64,000 nt of DNA from Marsupella aquatica (taxonomy: Eukaryota > Plantae > Marchantiophyta). A program made the position numbers and the translations under genes. The DNA lies in contig OZ316896.1 of the NCBI GenBank assembly GCA_973895155.1, positions 18,836,754 to 18,900,753 on the forward strand. Reading direction: 5' to 3'. Positions 13,424-25,929 of this stretch are shown here, piece by piece. The stretch's first letter is position 1; each line of letters opens with the position of its first letter. The notes under the pieces were generated by a model. It worked only from the letters and a program-made list of their open reading frames with translations. It was not told the origin of the DNA and did no database searches.

Positions 13424-14379
13424 TCTACTCTCTTCTGGGAAGTCTACCCTGCTCTAAGGACCAAGACACAATCAAGAGACCCCGATGTCCTATATGGGAA
13501 AACCCAATAACACTCGATCGATGGATTGTCTCTTGCTCAAAGGGGCACCTGTGATGTGAGAATTCGGTGAGTCTCCTGCACTCTAACACTCCTCTGGGAT
13601 TCGAAAAGGAATCGACCAGACCGCTCCTGATTAGCAAACACGGTCAATCTCTATTCCTGCTGGTTCTCTCCTTCCCCCGTTCTCTCCTTCCCCCGTCTCA
13701 GGCTTTATACCTCCTCACTCGGCGTAAAACTTACCAATCTACTTAGTTGGCAACCACGATTCGAGGCAGATTTGATCGAGACATTCTCTGTGTGTTCTCT
13801 CTCTCTCTCTGCAGAAAACCGATTCGATCTCACTCAACAGGAACTCTTCGCGAAAGTAGGTGAGAATATTGGGGAATTCGATGACCGTCGTTCAGAGGGA
13901 ATAGAAAGGGGATCTACGAGCATCGAAGAAAGTCATCACAGGGGTCGTACGTGGCCGAAAATTTCTCAAGCAAAATGCATCTCTAGCCGTTCACTGATGA
14001 CGGTGATGAGCTTGACGTGGGTGACACGCAACCCATAACGCTGACAGATGTCAGCTGCGTATCTCACTGTCCCAGGCCCCCCGGTTCGTCCATGGAACCG
14101 GATAGTCTAGTGGCTCCATCACCATTTTCGACTGTGGAACCGGATCGTCTAGTAGCCCTGAAATAAATCCTTGAAATGATTTGAAGGGGAACTACCGTTA
14201 AGGTCGTTGCAAATGAGTCAAACGGTCAAACCCCTCCTTTCTTAACCGCGGTTAACACCTCAGAACGGGAAAGATAAAAGTTTAATCCGAGCTTTATCAC
14301 AAAATATCCCGGATTCACCTTGAGATAATTAACACGGTAGTGTGTTGTTACGACGTCTGAGTTGGGTTAAAAATCCAAA

Positions 14380-14657
14380 CAAAACCGCTAATCACGATTG
14401 GATATATTAGCAGTTTTGAAACTCAACACAGATAAATGCAAAAACATGAGTTGGCGAATGTGAGTGGAAACTCGAGCCACGAAACTGGTAATCACTAACT
14501 TGACAAGAAATCGTCAAGTTTCTGATTTAGCAGTTTCGTGCCCCTCGTTTCCAATCACTTTCACGAAATTGTGATTAGTAGTTTCATGGCTCGAGCTTCG
14601 ACTCTCACACCCACCAAATCGCGATCAGCAGTTTCGTGGCTCGAGTTTTTTTGACTC
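14380..14657. repeat. Inverted/tandem repeat cluster forming a fold-back
   Basis: The unit GGAAACTCGAGCCACGAAACTGGTAATCA (~14466-14494) is followed by three reverse-complement-like copies (~14523, ~14573, ~14624). Confidence 0.75.
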
Positions 14658-15531
14658 AAGTTCATTCATCAAATCTGCTTTTGAGGTTAGTTTCTGGGTT
14701 TTGCATTTGCCTTCTTCTGTCGAGATAGTGTGTCTTTTCTGAACCTCTGTTGCTTTTACTCCATTGTACTGTTTGGCACGTTTTGTAGATGAATTCTATT
14801 CTCTCATCAAAGCATGATGAAAAAAACAGGTTTTGGTTTGTAGACTTATGATATTGATGAAGCATATAATTCTGGGGTAAGTTCGTAACTATCGAACTAC
14901 GGTAGAACGGTTGGTGAGATCGCTACACTCTCCGGTTAAGCATTGAATTCTCGTTACTCGACCGGTTTGGAATTCTGCACCTGCACCACAATTACTGTAT
15001 ATGAGCTTTTGTAGAGAGAAAACGGGGCAAACAAAGGAACAAATACTTAAGAGAAGGAGATTCAAACGTTCCCCCATCGAGGGTGGACTCTACTTTGGAT
15101 TTGCTTTCGTTGTGGACAGAATGGAGACAGCAGAGAACGAAAGAGAGAGCAACAGAGAAAGAGAGAATATGCAAGGGTTTGAGATTCGAACAGAGAATTA
15201 ATTATTCATGCGTGTGGATTTCCAAGTGCACCGGTCTCCCAGTCGGGGGCAGCTAAGGAAATAAATGCACGAAAAACCTGAGCGACTAATTCGATATCGA
15301 CTTCCCAAGAAGTATATGCTACAGTATAATTCTCTCTCGCTGCAGAATGTCTCCGGTTAATTGCTTGACGGAACGGATGAACGAATGAATCATTCTGGAC
15401 AGGCCTGACCTTGAGTTGGTGAGAATGGCATTTCTCCAGCGACATGGGAACACTGATTGACTAGAAGAGTCGGTGCAATTGAAAGAGAGAGAAGAGGGAA
15501 AGAGGAGACGAGTTGGAGAAGAGGGGGAGGG

Positions 15532-17806
15532 ATGGCACATTCAGAATCGCAGATGGGTGCAGGTAGGAGATTTACTATCAAACCGAGCTCCCCGGTGCCG
15601 ACATTAGGGGGAAGGGGCCCAGCAGCAGCAGTAGGAGAGGGCCAGGCCGCTGCAGTGGAGAGATTTTCGCCATTGGGATCAGCATTGGCACCATACCATT
15701 CCGCATCGATCATTGCGGCCAATAATAATTTTAGTAGTGCCACCAACAAAGTCAGCAATCCCCCACCCAAGTCGTACGCGTGCAGGAAGATTCGGAACGA
15801 CATCAGCGACGAGGAGAGACAGGAAATCCTCATGGCCTTTGAGCTTTTTGATACCAGGAAGTCCGGTAAACTTAACTCCACAGAGCTCAAGGTATAGGAG
15901 TGAGAGCTCATCTATTTTGTCATTCACTATTTCACTCGTTCATTTTTTGATTCACTAATTCGCTTGCCAAATTTGTAGACTGCACAATTGCCTTGAATTT
16001 GTACACGCAAAACCTCCTCGGTGACCATGCTCATTTCCTCTCTGGACTAAAGATCGTTCCATCTAAGGCACATTTCTGTGCGTCCCTGTGGATTTAAATG
16101 TGTTCATTCTCTCAATGTCCCACCTCGTGTTGGCGGGTCTTGAGAGAATGCACCTTATGTCCCCACTTGGCAAAATCCAAAATCTGCTCCGCACAAAAAA
16201 ACTTGAAGAACACAGATTGAAGCAAGAGGGTGGGAGTCAATTACCCAAGGATGCTGCCATGAGGGGCTCCACCTAAATTAGATCTCCACGATGCCATCCC
16301 GAAGCTTTTTTAGCATTTCTCTTCAGTATGGAACACACCAGCTCTGAAGACTGGAACCTTCTGATATCTCTCTAGTCTATCAAACTGAACTTTACTCCTC
16401 AAGTACTGAAGCTTCTCATTCTAGAGCCGAGATATCTTCATTAGCATGCCCTCGTGATGCCTGTTTGTTCTTACACATGTCCATTGCGACAGCTGCTGAA
16501 CCGCAAACAATTATGACATATGTTGTTGATAAGCAATGATTTAAACTTTCTTCCATCCAGGGGTGAGTGTTACATCAAACCCCTCGCCTTGCATTTTTCC
16601 AGGTGGCCATGAGGGCTCTGGATTTCCTTGTTAAGAAAGAAGATGTACGCAAAATAATCCAAGAACATACCAAGGGACGCAGTGATGAAATTGACCAAGA
16701 TGATTTCATTGAGATTCGTACGCTATTTAACTTTCTCCAATCTGCTTCAATAAGATGACCGCCTTGTCGATTTCAAAGTTGCCTCCAATCCTTGTCCTTC
16801 AGGATTGACATTTGATTCACTGTCCCTCAAATTTGTTGCCGCTCCTCTGTACCATTGCAAAGTGCTTAGGTGCGGCATTTTCATAAATTTCAATTGCCAC
16901 AGTTCGGTAAGAAGAACGTCATGCATGTGCTTCCCTACAGATAGTCCTTTCGTTTGACACGACTCGTTGTCCATGTGGTAGTGACCAAAAAGTACCAGGA
17001 GAAAGATCCCGAGGAAGATCTACTCAAAGCATTCAAATATTTTGACGAGGATAACACGGGGAAAATCTCGGTAAGTGGTCAATTCAGGAAGCAGAGAGCC
17101 TGCAACTCGTCTTCAACATGAGTTTTGCTCTTCCTCCAAGTTCCGATTAAGGGGTTTCCTGTGCTTCCAAGACAGGATTGTAAGTTTTGGCTATCTAGGA
17201 ATTTTCAGACTAGAGATCCCTTTTCAGGCTGGAAGTCGCCAGCACAAAAAGTACTGGCCGCTCAGAAGGATGGTATGAGGATTGAATGTTTGCTGAATGG
17301 TCTTCTCACAGCTGAAAAATCTCAGAAAGATCGCCAAGGACTTGGGGGAGCATATCACAGATGAGGAACTTGCTGCCATGATCGACGAGTGTAAGAGTTT
17401 CTTTTTGTCCTTCTATAGCAGACTGGAAGTTGGTCTCGTGTGTGTTCCTTCGAGGAGCAGTTTGACGTCCTTCATAACATGCTTATTATAGAGCTTGATT
17501 TTCTCACATTTTAACTCCCCAGACACTGAAATTTGTTTGCTCTTCTGCATTGCAGTCGACAAGGATGGTGATGGAGAAAGTAAGTCCTTCTCCCTTTCAA
17601 TAGTTCAAGTTGCTTGCTGTCTGCCAATACCACCCAACGTGCAAACAGTAAAAGGTTCTGTAAAACTATAAACGAATCCATATGAGCTGATCACGTAGAA
17701 GACACATTCCTGAGGGTCATTATATTAAACTCGATAGGAACTGGACCTTGCAGTTAACGAAAGCGAATTTTCTGGCATCATGAAGAGAGATGATCTTGAT
17801 CTTTGA
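15532..17806 (+). CDS. Centrin (CETN3/Cdc31-type EF-hand protein) with N-terminal extension, 6 exons
   Basis: Exons 15532-15891, 16603-16717, 16982-17070, 17312-17390, 17556-17579 and 17754-17806 are GT-AG bounded and in frame. Motifs: [78 protein letters not shown]. Confidence 0.9.
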
Positions 17807-17947
17807 CGATCCAGAAATCAAGTCAAGCCCGTCGGTACCCACGAACTTCAGCTCTTTCTTTATTTCGTACTTGAAGCTTATGCTGTCTGTTGTTCCTTGA
17901 TATCCTTGCGTAATGCCTGAGCTATCCAGGACTTGTTGAATTGCACG

Positions 17948-18800
17948 TCAACGGGTCCTCTTCTGCTGTTCAAGCAACTTATAATGCAATTCAATGGTGG
18001 GGATGGGACCGGAAGGAGGGTCGAATGCTCTCATTACCTTGATGTTTCTTTGGATTTCCTCCTGCAGCTGTTCAAATTGGCTGGCGCACGTGGTGAAATG
18101 CCTTACTCGCTTTGAAACCATTCTATACACTACCATAACATCGGAAAATGCATCGATGTATCTACTATTGAGACTGACCTTTGCGCGAGAAGAGGCACCC
18201 AATTTTGGGTTGTGTCAGAGCGGTAACCTGTCGAATTAGCCAGCGGCATCGAAAAACACAATTTCTCGCTAATGTGTTCGACAGCACAGGCAGTCTCTTG
18301 AAGGTCTCTTCCGATCACCACTGTAGCCAGCCAAGTCAGGAAAATTCCATGTTTCAGCGAAATGATGGTGGCTCCACTTGGCCAGTCACCAGGAAGTCTA
18401 GCACTTAATTTATAATCCGTGCAGTCCAGAATAAAGTAGGCACTTTGCGGAGTGGCTGTACATTATGTAGATTGGAGCCAGACATGTCAAATGGCAGATG
18501 ATGACAACATAGTTCCTTGCATCTCTCGCTCAGACGCCACTCTTGCTCTCATTCTAATGGAGTTGTATTCCTTGTCACAGGTTCCAGTTCGTCTCATTTT
18601 GGTATTTGTTGGATCTCAAAGCTCTCACACTTTCAAATCACTTTGTAGATGTTGGATCACAATGGAAAATGTCCCTCTCTGTTTCAATTGAACGATCTCG
18701 AACTTGCACAACTTGGTCAAGATGCTGTCAGTGGGAGTTGTGAGATGCCTATTTCTGACCATATTCCCTTAGCTTTGTCCTGACATAAAGTAAGAAGTTT
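17948..18800 (-). pseudogene. Possible decayed gene (F-box-associated C-terminus-like)
   Basis: Protein-like segments are broken by stops and frameshifts (...IVFFDAAG*FDRLPL*...DVMVVYRMVSKRVRHFTTC...MRAFDP). The family assignment is weak. Confidence 0.25.
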
Positions 18801-19662
18801 TGTTCAAGTTGGCAAGCCAACTAAACAGATAACTGGTGGACGACGAGGGTCTGCCTACTGGTCTCACCGTCTCCTGCCCCCACTTATATCCTCGACTGGA
18901 AATATAGCTGCTATGAAGCAGCATCGATGGCCTTCAACGTTCCGATCTATTCAACCGTTGGACAGTAAAATCACTGCTCTGTTGCGTACTAATGCTTGTA
19001 ATATACATCATCAGTCAACATTCAATCCATCAGCATCTGAGGACTTAATTTCCTTGAACTGAGAGGCACTTGGTCATCTTCATGACCGCACTTTCATGAT
19101 CGACTTCCTTTTCTCTATCAGTGAGAAGCACTTGGATTTTCATGATCATTTTGCTTGCATGTCCGATGCACAAGAATTATAGAGTAAAAATATCAGAAAA
19201 TACAGCTACCCTCTGCGGCAACATGAAGAACGAAATCCTCGAAGTACCCAGACCACTGAAAAGTGACAGGAGCCACAGGGGCTTCTATTTGATGAAGTCA
19301 TCTATTGGACTATTTTTTGGGCCAATCTAATGAACCAAAGGTCCCAAATCACTTTTCAAAATAGAAACGTTTTACGCTGTCATCTTCCCCACGAAAGGTG
19401 AAGTTGTTCACGTCATCCTCCATCTGCTTTGTGAAAGTTCTGTCCTGATGAAAACAACGGCGTTGGTGACTTCACAGGTTGCTTGCTCCAACAAACCTTT
19501 GCTCTTAGAATCACGGGATTCTGTTGACTACATCTCCATGACTGTTTTACATATGCCGCGCATATGCGAAGGAGACAAACGTAGCTGAACCGTTCTACAA
19601 CTCTGATCATATTGCCTAAATCTCATTGTCCTGGTTCGCCACGAGAAAGAATTACATAGATC

Positions 19663-21828
19663 TTATTCGAGTCTGGTCTGAACCTTCTCTGGATTTGCGT
19701 TGTGCCAACCAGTGGTACATGGGGGAATCGCAAGAAACTCATCAAAATCGTTCACGCGCACATCGCAGCATTCCCACTGTTCAATTCAAAAGCAACATGA
19801 TTTCACTTCAGTTCAGAAGGAGATAATACGAGATTATTCCGTGGCAATATTCAGGGTCCAGGTTTAGCCTCATTATCCCTGGACTGCAACATTAGAAAAT
19901 AGATCTATAGAATAGGTACGCACTACTTTCATAGTAAAAAGGGTGCCCAGTAGAATCACCTAGCGGATCACTACTGAAAATTAAAGTTCAGTGAAGTTCA
20001 CCGCACGGCAATCATTCAAAACTTATCGTACACTGAATAACAGGATGTGAAGAAGACCACAAAAATGATTGAGAAAATACTTAAGAGCGACAGAACAGGC
20101 CTTCGCTTACCCCTTTTTGTCTGTCATGGAAGACTACAGGGCCTGGATGGTAGTTGCAAGAAGTGACAGTATTTTCCTTGTCTGTGTATTCCTTTCCACA
20201 GCCTTTGTGTTTGCAGGTCTGCTTAGCATTCACATCTACAACTCTGGGAACACCGGTCGATGCAGGCTGCTTCTTTCCAGGAGCAGCAGAAGCAGGAGTT
20301 GAAACTTTAGTAGGAAGCTTTAAACCTGAGAACATTCCCATTCCTCACGGTCAACTACCCCGCCATAACTATGTAGAAGAATGCGATAATATATCAGCAA
20401 GGGCATAGGAGCGCAACATGGTAAAGTAAATTGAATACACTCCAAGCAAAGGAACGTGAGAACTTCAAGCCCAAAATTTTCATGACAGTTTGGAGCTCAT
20501 AATTGTACTGACCATGATCAGAGCAGTAAAACCCTTGCTTGCACCTTGAGCAGGTTGCAGCACTAGTTGGGGCAGTAATAGGCGTCGGAACCTTCTTAGG
20601 GATTGGGGCTGCTGCTGGTTTCGGTTTTTCACTGGTGTGCTTCCCAGTTTGGCATCTGCATTAACAAAACATACAAGCAACTAGCACACAAATCTTGCTT
20701 TAATGTAGTGCGCACACCTTCCATAGAATATGTCTCCATGCATTCAACAAAGGGGAAAACAACACACCAATTGTCCAGTTTATGAATGCCACAGAATATC
20801 CCCTAAACGAAGAAAAGATAAAATGGGACATTGAACACCTGAGGAGAAACCATTGTCTGCCCGTCATATACGTACCCTGAAATTGCTAAGAACAAGGTAA
20901 AGTCGTGGCTCCTTTGCTTGCAGCAGCTCCATTCCTTGCCTCCATCATGAAATACTGGCTGTAACACATGCGCGGGCTTTTCAGGCATATTTCTTTCAGA
21001 CTCCATTGACAGAGATTAGACCTTTCCAAGGAACAGGAACTATGAGCCCATCCAACAGCTCCTCAATTGAACCAGCTACATTGGAAGACTTCGGGCAGAT
21101 CCTTCCAGATTATCAACGGAATAGAATTTCCTCTAAGAAGACCTAATATTTGCGATCGTAAAGATAAGCGAGGGGATACAGCAGTCTACAACAACACATC
21201 ACTCCAAGACACCAGACCTGCAGGAAGAGAGAGAGGGAGATAGATCAATTACCGGCTGTTTCCACGTTGATGGCGATCAACACATCCCGCAGAAGCCATA
21301 TCCGTGCAAGATTACATTGTCTTGATTAGCACCGTAAGTAAAGGGTGTACAAAAAGGCCCCTAACTGATCACTGTAGACAGACAGCATCACAAGAGTCTA
21401 CTCTGAAACTTAGGGCCATAAACGCCTGAGCTACTGCAATATTGGGCTGAGAAATTGCGTGAAAGCAGCAGAGCTTGCAGACATCTGGAAATGTATCGAC
21501 GAATAGCTTCACTCTGAGATTGGAAGACTACCGAAATTCCCATCCCAAATCCAACGTGACTTTTTTCCTAAAGTGCTCGGCGTCAACACCGTCAGATACA
21601 ATAAACCATTCTTGAGAACGCGAACAAAAATCAAAGCCAGGCTGCAATTCTAGACCAAGCTGCAACGGCAAATGGAGGAAGGAAGCGAATTAGGCACAAC
21701 GCTGGCTCGCGCAGGTACACACGTACCCCGGGATGGAAGGTACAGCAGTTTTCTATATTTTCTTCCTCGGTGAACTTCGCGTCACAGCCAATGCGCTGAC
21801 ATTGGTGTCTAGCGACGTCGGCAGCCAT
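19663..21828 (-). CDS. RAR1: RAR1, CHORD-domain HSP90/SGT1 co-chaperone, 218 aa, 5 exons
   Basis: Exons 21828-21727, 20958-20876, 20655-20513, 20325-20111 and 19776-19663 total 657 nt in frame. CHORD-I is CQRIGCDAKF...CTFHPGPVFHDGGKEWSCC...GCQTGKH. The CCCH linker is CSRCKQGFYCSDH. CHORD-II is CKHKGCGKEY...CNYHPGPVVFHD...WECC...PPCTTGWH. Confidence 0.95.
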
Positions 21829-21916
21829 CACGCCGTTCCAAAAACGTAGACGGCCTCCTCCGACAAGCAACTGGGTCTCCAATTCTCGTACAATGGCGCA
21901 AATCCTCAATCGCTGC

Positions 21917-21950
21917 AAACCCTAAACTCCTCCTCCTCCTCCTCCTCCTC
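21917..21950. promoter_or_regulatory. Telo-box (AAACCCTA) plus (CCT)n tract in the RAR1 5' region
   Basis: AAACCCTAAA at ~21917 is immediately followed by a CCT microsatellite, about 90 bp upstream of the RAR1 ATG. Confidence 0.4.
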
Positions 21951-22073
21951 TTCTCCTAGAGATTGACTCGTCAGGCGCAGCGCACACAGGAAAAATTTGG
22001 TAGCATTAAGAAGTCAAGCACTCAACACCATTCCAAACTGTCAGCTGAAAGAACCGCTCGGAAGATTGAACGC

Positions 22074-22360
22074 CCACTCCACAATTGCGACCTACAGTGC
22101 GGTTGTGAGGGGTCAGAGAATGAGCCTCCTCACACCACTTGAAGCAGTGAAAACTGCGCAGATTGAAGGCAATTTGACAGGGAAGCACGTGAGTTTGAAG
22201 AGAATTTGACAGAGAATCCACTCCACAATTGCGACCTACTGTGCAGTTGAGAGGGGTCAGAGAATGAGCCTCCTCACACCACTTGAAGCAGTGAAAACTG
22301 CGCAGATTGAAGGCAATTTGACAGAGAAGCACGTGAGTTTGACGAACTTGACAGAGAATC
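22074..22360. repeat. 144-bp tandem duplication
   Basis: CCACTCCACAATTGCGACCTAC...TTGACAGAGAAT starts at 22074 and again at 22218, nearly identical. Confidence 0.92.
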
Positions 22361-23028
22361 ACGCAGGCGAGTGGAATTGAAACGAGAGTGCAACTTGGAT
22401 GCTCTTTGGAATCAATACGAAATTGATGACATTGGATGCTTGAAACTCTCGATGAAGCTCTAGGTGTGAAGAAAGCAGCTCTTGTAGAGCACTTACAGTT
22501 TCACCCGTGTAGTAAGAGTAAACCTTTAGTCACAGTCTGGCGAAAAGTTATTTTAATTATGGCACCAAGACAAGTTTGATCCATTTGTTTGATGTACCCA
22601 ATATGAAAAGTGTTACTTGATAAATTCTTGGAGGTCATAAATACCCTTGAGGTTTTGGGTAGGTTGATTCAAGGTCATTCAACAGTCAAGATTACTCACG
22701 GATTAACAGTTTTCATTTTTGGTTTAATCAAGCAAATATTTCTTACAAGTTTTTCCAATTTTCCTAAATCATGCCACTAAACTTTGTCTTATGTTTGTTT
22801 GTTGCTTTAAACACCTGTCATTAACCACAACGAGAGGTATTTGCAAACAAACAAACACGACAATATGTGCTTATCCCAATACCAACAAAAAAGTAAGATG
22901 TGGGAGCAATAAGAACTCAAGAAATGTACAAGTAAGGTGTTGAAGACAGAAAGGAAGAAATTGTAACTGTTCAATTCTTTGAATTATAACAAACCATTTT
23001 TTATATTTAAGTTGTTAACTTCAAAAAT

Positions 23029-23600
23029 GGACCCCGAGCTGTATTGTTGAGTGTTCATTTGATTAAAAACATGCATGTAAAATTAGCTTTAGCTCAAGTT
23101 GTGAGGGGCTATTATGACTCAATATACTCTGGTAACAAAACTCATTACGCTGAGATATGTTTCTAATTTTAGTGAGGTAGACAAAAAATTAAGTAATGAG
23201 TTTTGAAGCTATCTTATTTATAAGTGGAGTGGTTTATTGTGGACCTCCTAGCTATGTTGTTTAGGGTTTATTTGAGTAAAAACATGCATGTCAAATCAGC
23301 TTTAGCTCAAGTTGTGAGGGCTATTATGGCCCAAAATACTCTGGTAACAAACATTATTATGCTGAGATATGTTTCTAATTTTAGTGAGGTAGACGAGAAA
23401 TTACATAATGAGTTTTGAAGCTATCTTATTTATAAGCGAAGTGGTGTATTGTCGGTGTGACCTGGTATAGTCAACAATAGCTACTTTTGTGAGTTGTATA
23501 CTAGTTTCACTACTTTTAGACTATTGAAAATAAAATGGAATTGTGTGGGGAACCTGGTATAGGCAACAATAGTTACCATTGTGAATTGTATACTAGTTTC
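23029..23600. repeat. ~212-bp tandem duplication followed by a ~90-bp duplication
   Basis: AAACATGCATGT...GAAGCTATCTTATTTATAAG occurs twice, then ACCTGGTATAG...GTATACTAGTTTC occurs twice. Confidence 0.85.
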
Positions 23601-25929
23601 TCTATTAGTTTCATGTTTCACTACTCTGGGCTTCTTGAGAGTAAGGTCCAATTGTGTGGGCTGTTTTGACTTGCCTATCTTGGTACTCCCTAGAGACAGT
23701 CTGAAAGAAGAACTTATGTTACTTTAGGCCCTCACTAGCTGATATGTGCCACGAAAGAAGAAGTTTGTGTCATGCACTTGCTGCATGTCATTCTTTGTTG
23801 AAATTATGCCACATTGAACGCTCTGTGTTGCTGACAAGCGATTGTGTACTTTAAAATCTATTGATTGATCTAAAACAAGGGATCTTAAGAGCCAGCGACA
23901 GGTCATCATTTGGAAGGTTAACATACTGCAACAAAGATGATGGTGAATGCCTCTCCTAACACTTCTAATGGAGTATTCTCTTTCTTATCGTGCACAAGTG
24001 ATGAGTAAGAGAGCTTGGAGCTACATTCCCGAGCTAGTGAGGGCTCTAGAGGAATGATAGTCACTCCCGTCTGTATATTCCGCAGGGAAATTTACCGGGT
24101 GACCCAGGGAAACAGTGAGTGTCAAGGCGTATCATAGTTTCTATCATAAGGATACTGCTTCAGACTTGAAAAACTCTCCGAAAACAAATTTCTGTGATAC
24201 AAAATAGGCACTGCCCAACGCGGATTGTAGACAGGTAGCAACAAGATATATTTATGTTGGATAAGACCCTAAACTCCAATACATTTTGACGATGCAATAC
24301 ATTCTAGAAAAACCAAATTATTGGCATGCAGGCCACAGACAAGCTGCCGTTGAATGACCACTTCTACTGCAGGAGATACAAGACCGGAAATCCAGCTGAA
24401 ATGAAAAAAAGTGACAATTTGGACGAGGGCCATACTCTTGGAGAAAATACACTCTTGCTGACCCTTCCAGCACCCAAAAAACAAATGGCAACTGAAATCT
24501 CAGACCTGACGGAGCCATAGGCACGAGTTGAATTTGATAGCGCCTGTAAGGCATCAAAACTTTAAGCATAGTGACTTTTGGTGGCACAATTCAGAGAATG
24601 TAGCGAATTCAAAATTGTCACCAATGCCATCGTCCCTGACCTCCTCACTACGCACTCATCTGAAGCCAACCAACATTATTATTATGCAAACTGTGCAGCA
24701 CAAACTAAAGACGGCCCAATTCACCTGATGAGTCAATCTGGTGTATGCAGGGTCCAGTGGCAAATTTAGCAGGCAGGCAGGGGAGCATTGGGTCAGTTTT
24801 GTCTAGCGATCGACCTCTGTATCAATTAAAAATAACCGGGAAAATAACCCAAGGCAAGATCAATTCATCGAGGGAGGGAGGGATCTCGGACAGCGAGCAA
24901 GGTGTCGGCAAGTCGAGGCAAGAGGCTGTTTCTTCCACTTGTCAGGCTCCTAAAATAGCCGTCAGTGACATTGCCAGAGAGGTTTGTGACAGATCAATCG
25001 TCTGTGTGGGAAGATGGCTGGGTGACCATCTTGCTGATCACATGTACTATAGTTCTGCAGCACATCAGCCGAAACAGATACTCAGGTGAAAAGAGAGAGA
25101 CAAATGCATTCTTCTAGACATCCACGGAGCTCCCTAGCCCACATCCACAAGATCAGGATTATGGATCGGTCTCTTGTCCTTCCACTTCGTCTCTGTTCCC
25201 CCGTTGGCATGTCTAAGATATGCTTTTGACCAGTAATACAATCATCTTCTTAGGATATAAGTAGCAATGTAATTTTGTTTAGCCTTTGTGACCAAACCTT
25301 GTCTGTCACGAGCCTGGTTAACTCCGTCGTGGGAGTTTTTCTCATTTTAAGTCCTTTCTAGATTATGTGTGTTTTTTCGGTTTGAATTTATATTCGCAAA
25401 GTTGCTTCTTGGCTATAGGACTATCAATGACTATCTACATCTATAATATCGTTCATTTTCATCCTTTGTCCCGTTACAAAATGTATTTTGGACGGGAATG
25501 AATGACAACCATTAGATAGTTTGGGTGATTTTTGTAACCGTTTGATTATTAATTAATAACAGGAATGATATAAAAATTGTTCTTGTTCTCAATTGCAATT
25601 GTACTAGATTGTCCTTTTTACTTTTCCATGGAGACTATAACTCTACAAGGGTGCAATTATTATACTCTCATAAAAGATAAAGCATTATCCAAAGATCACG
25701 GAGAAGGTAGCAAGAAATTGGCATGGAGGAAAAAAGGGGAGGATGAAGGAAAATAAAAGATAAAAATTGAGGAAAAGGAGCATGAAAAAGGTAGGGAAAA
25801 ACATAGAAGAGGATAAGTGAGATAATTTTGTATTTTTCTGCCCCCTCATTTTTAAAAAATAAGTATGTATATATTTATGTATTAAAAATATTAGTAATTT
25901 TAATAAAAATTGCATTATTATTTTTGTGA

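Noticed and set aside
23900-25300. Gene or retroelement remnant
   Set aside because: Short broken ORFs with no identifiable motif; left unassigned.
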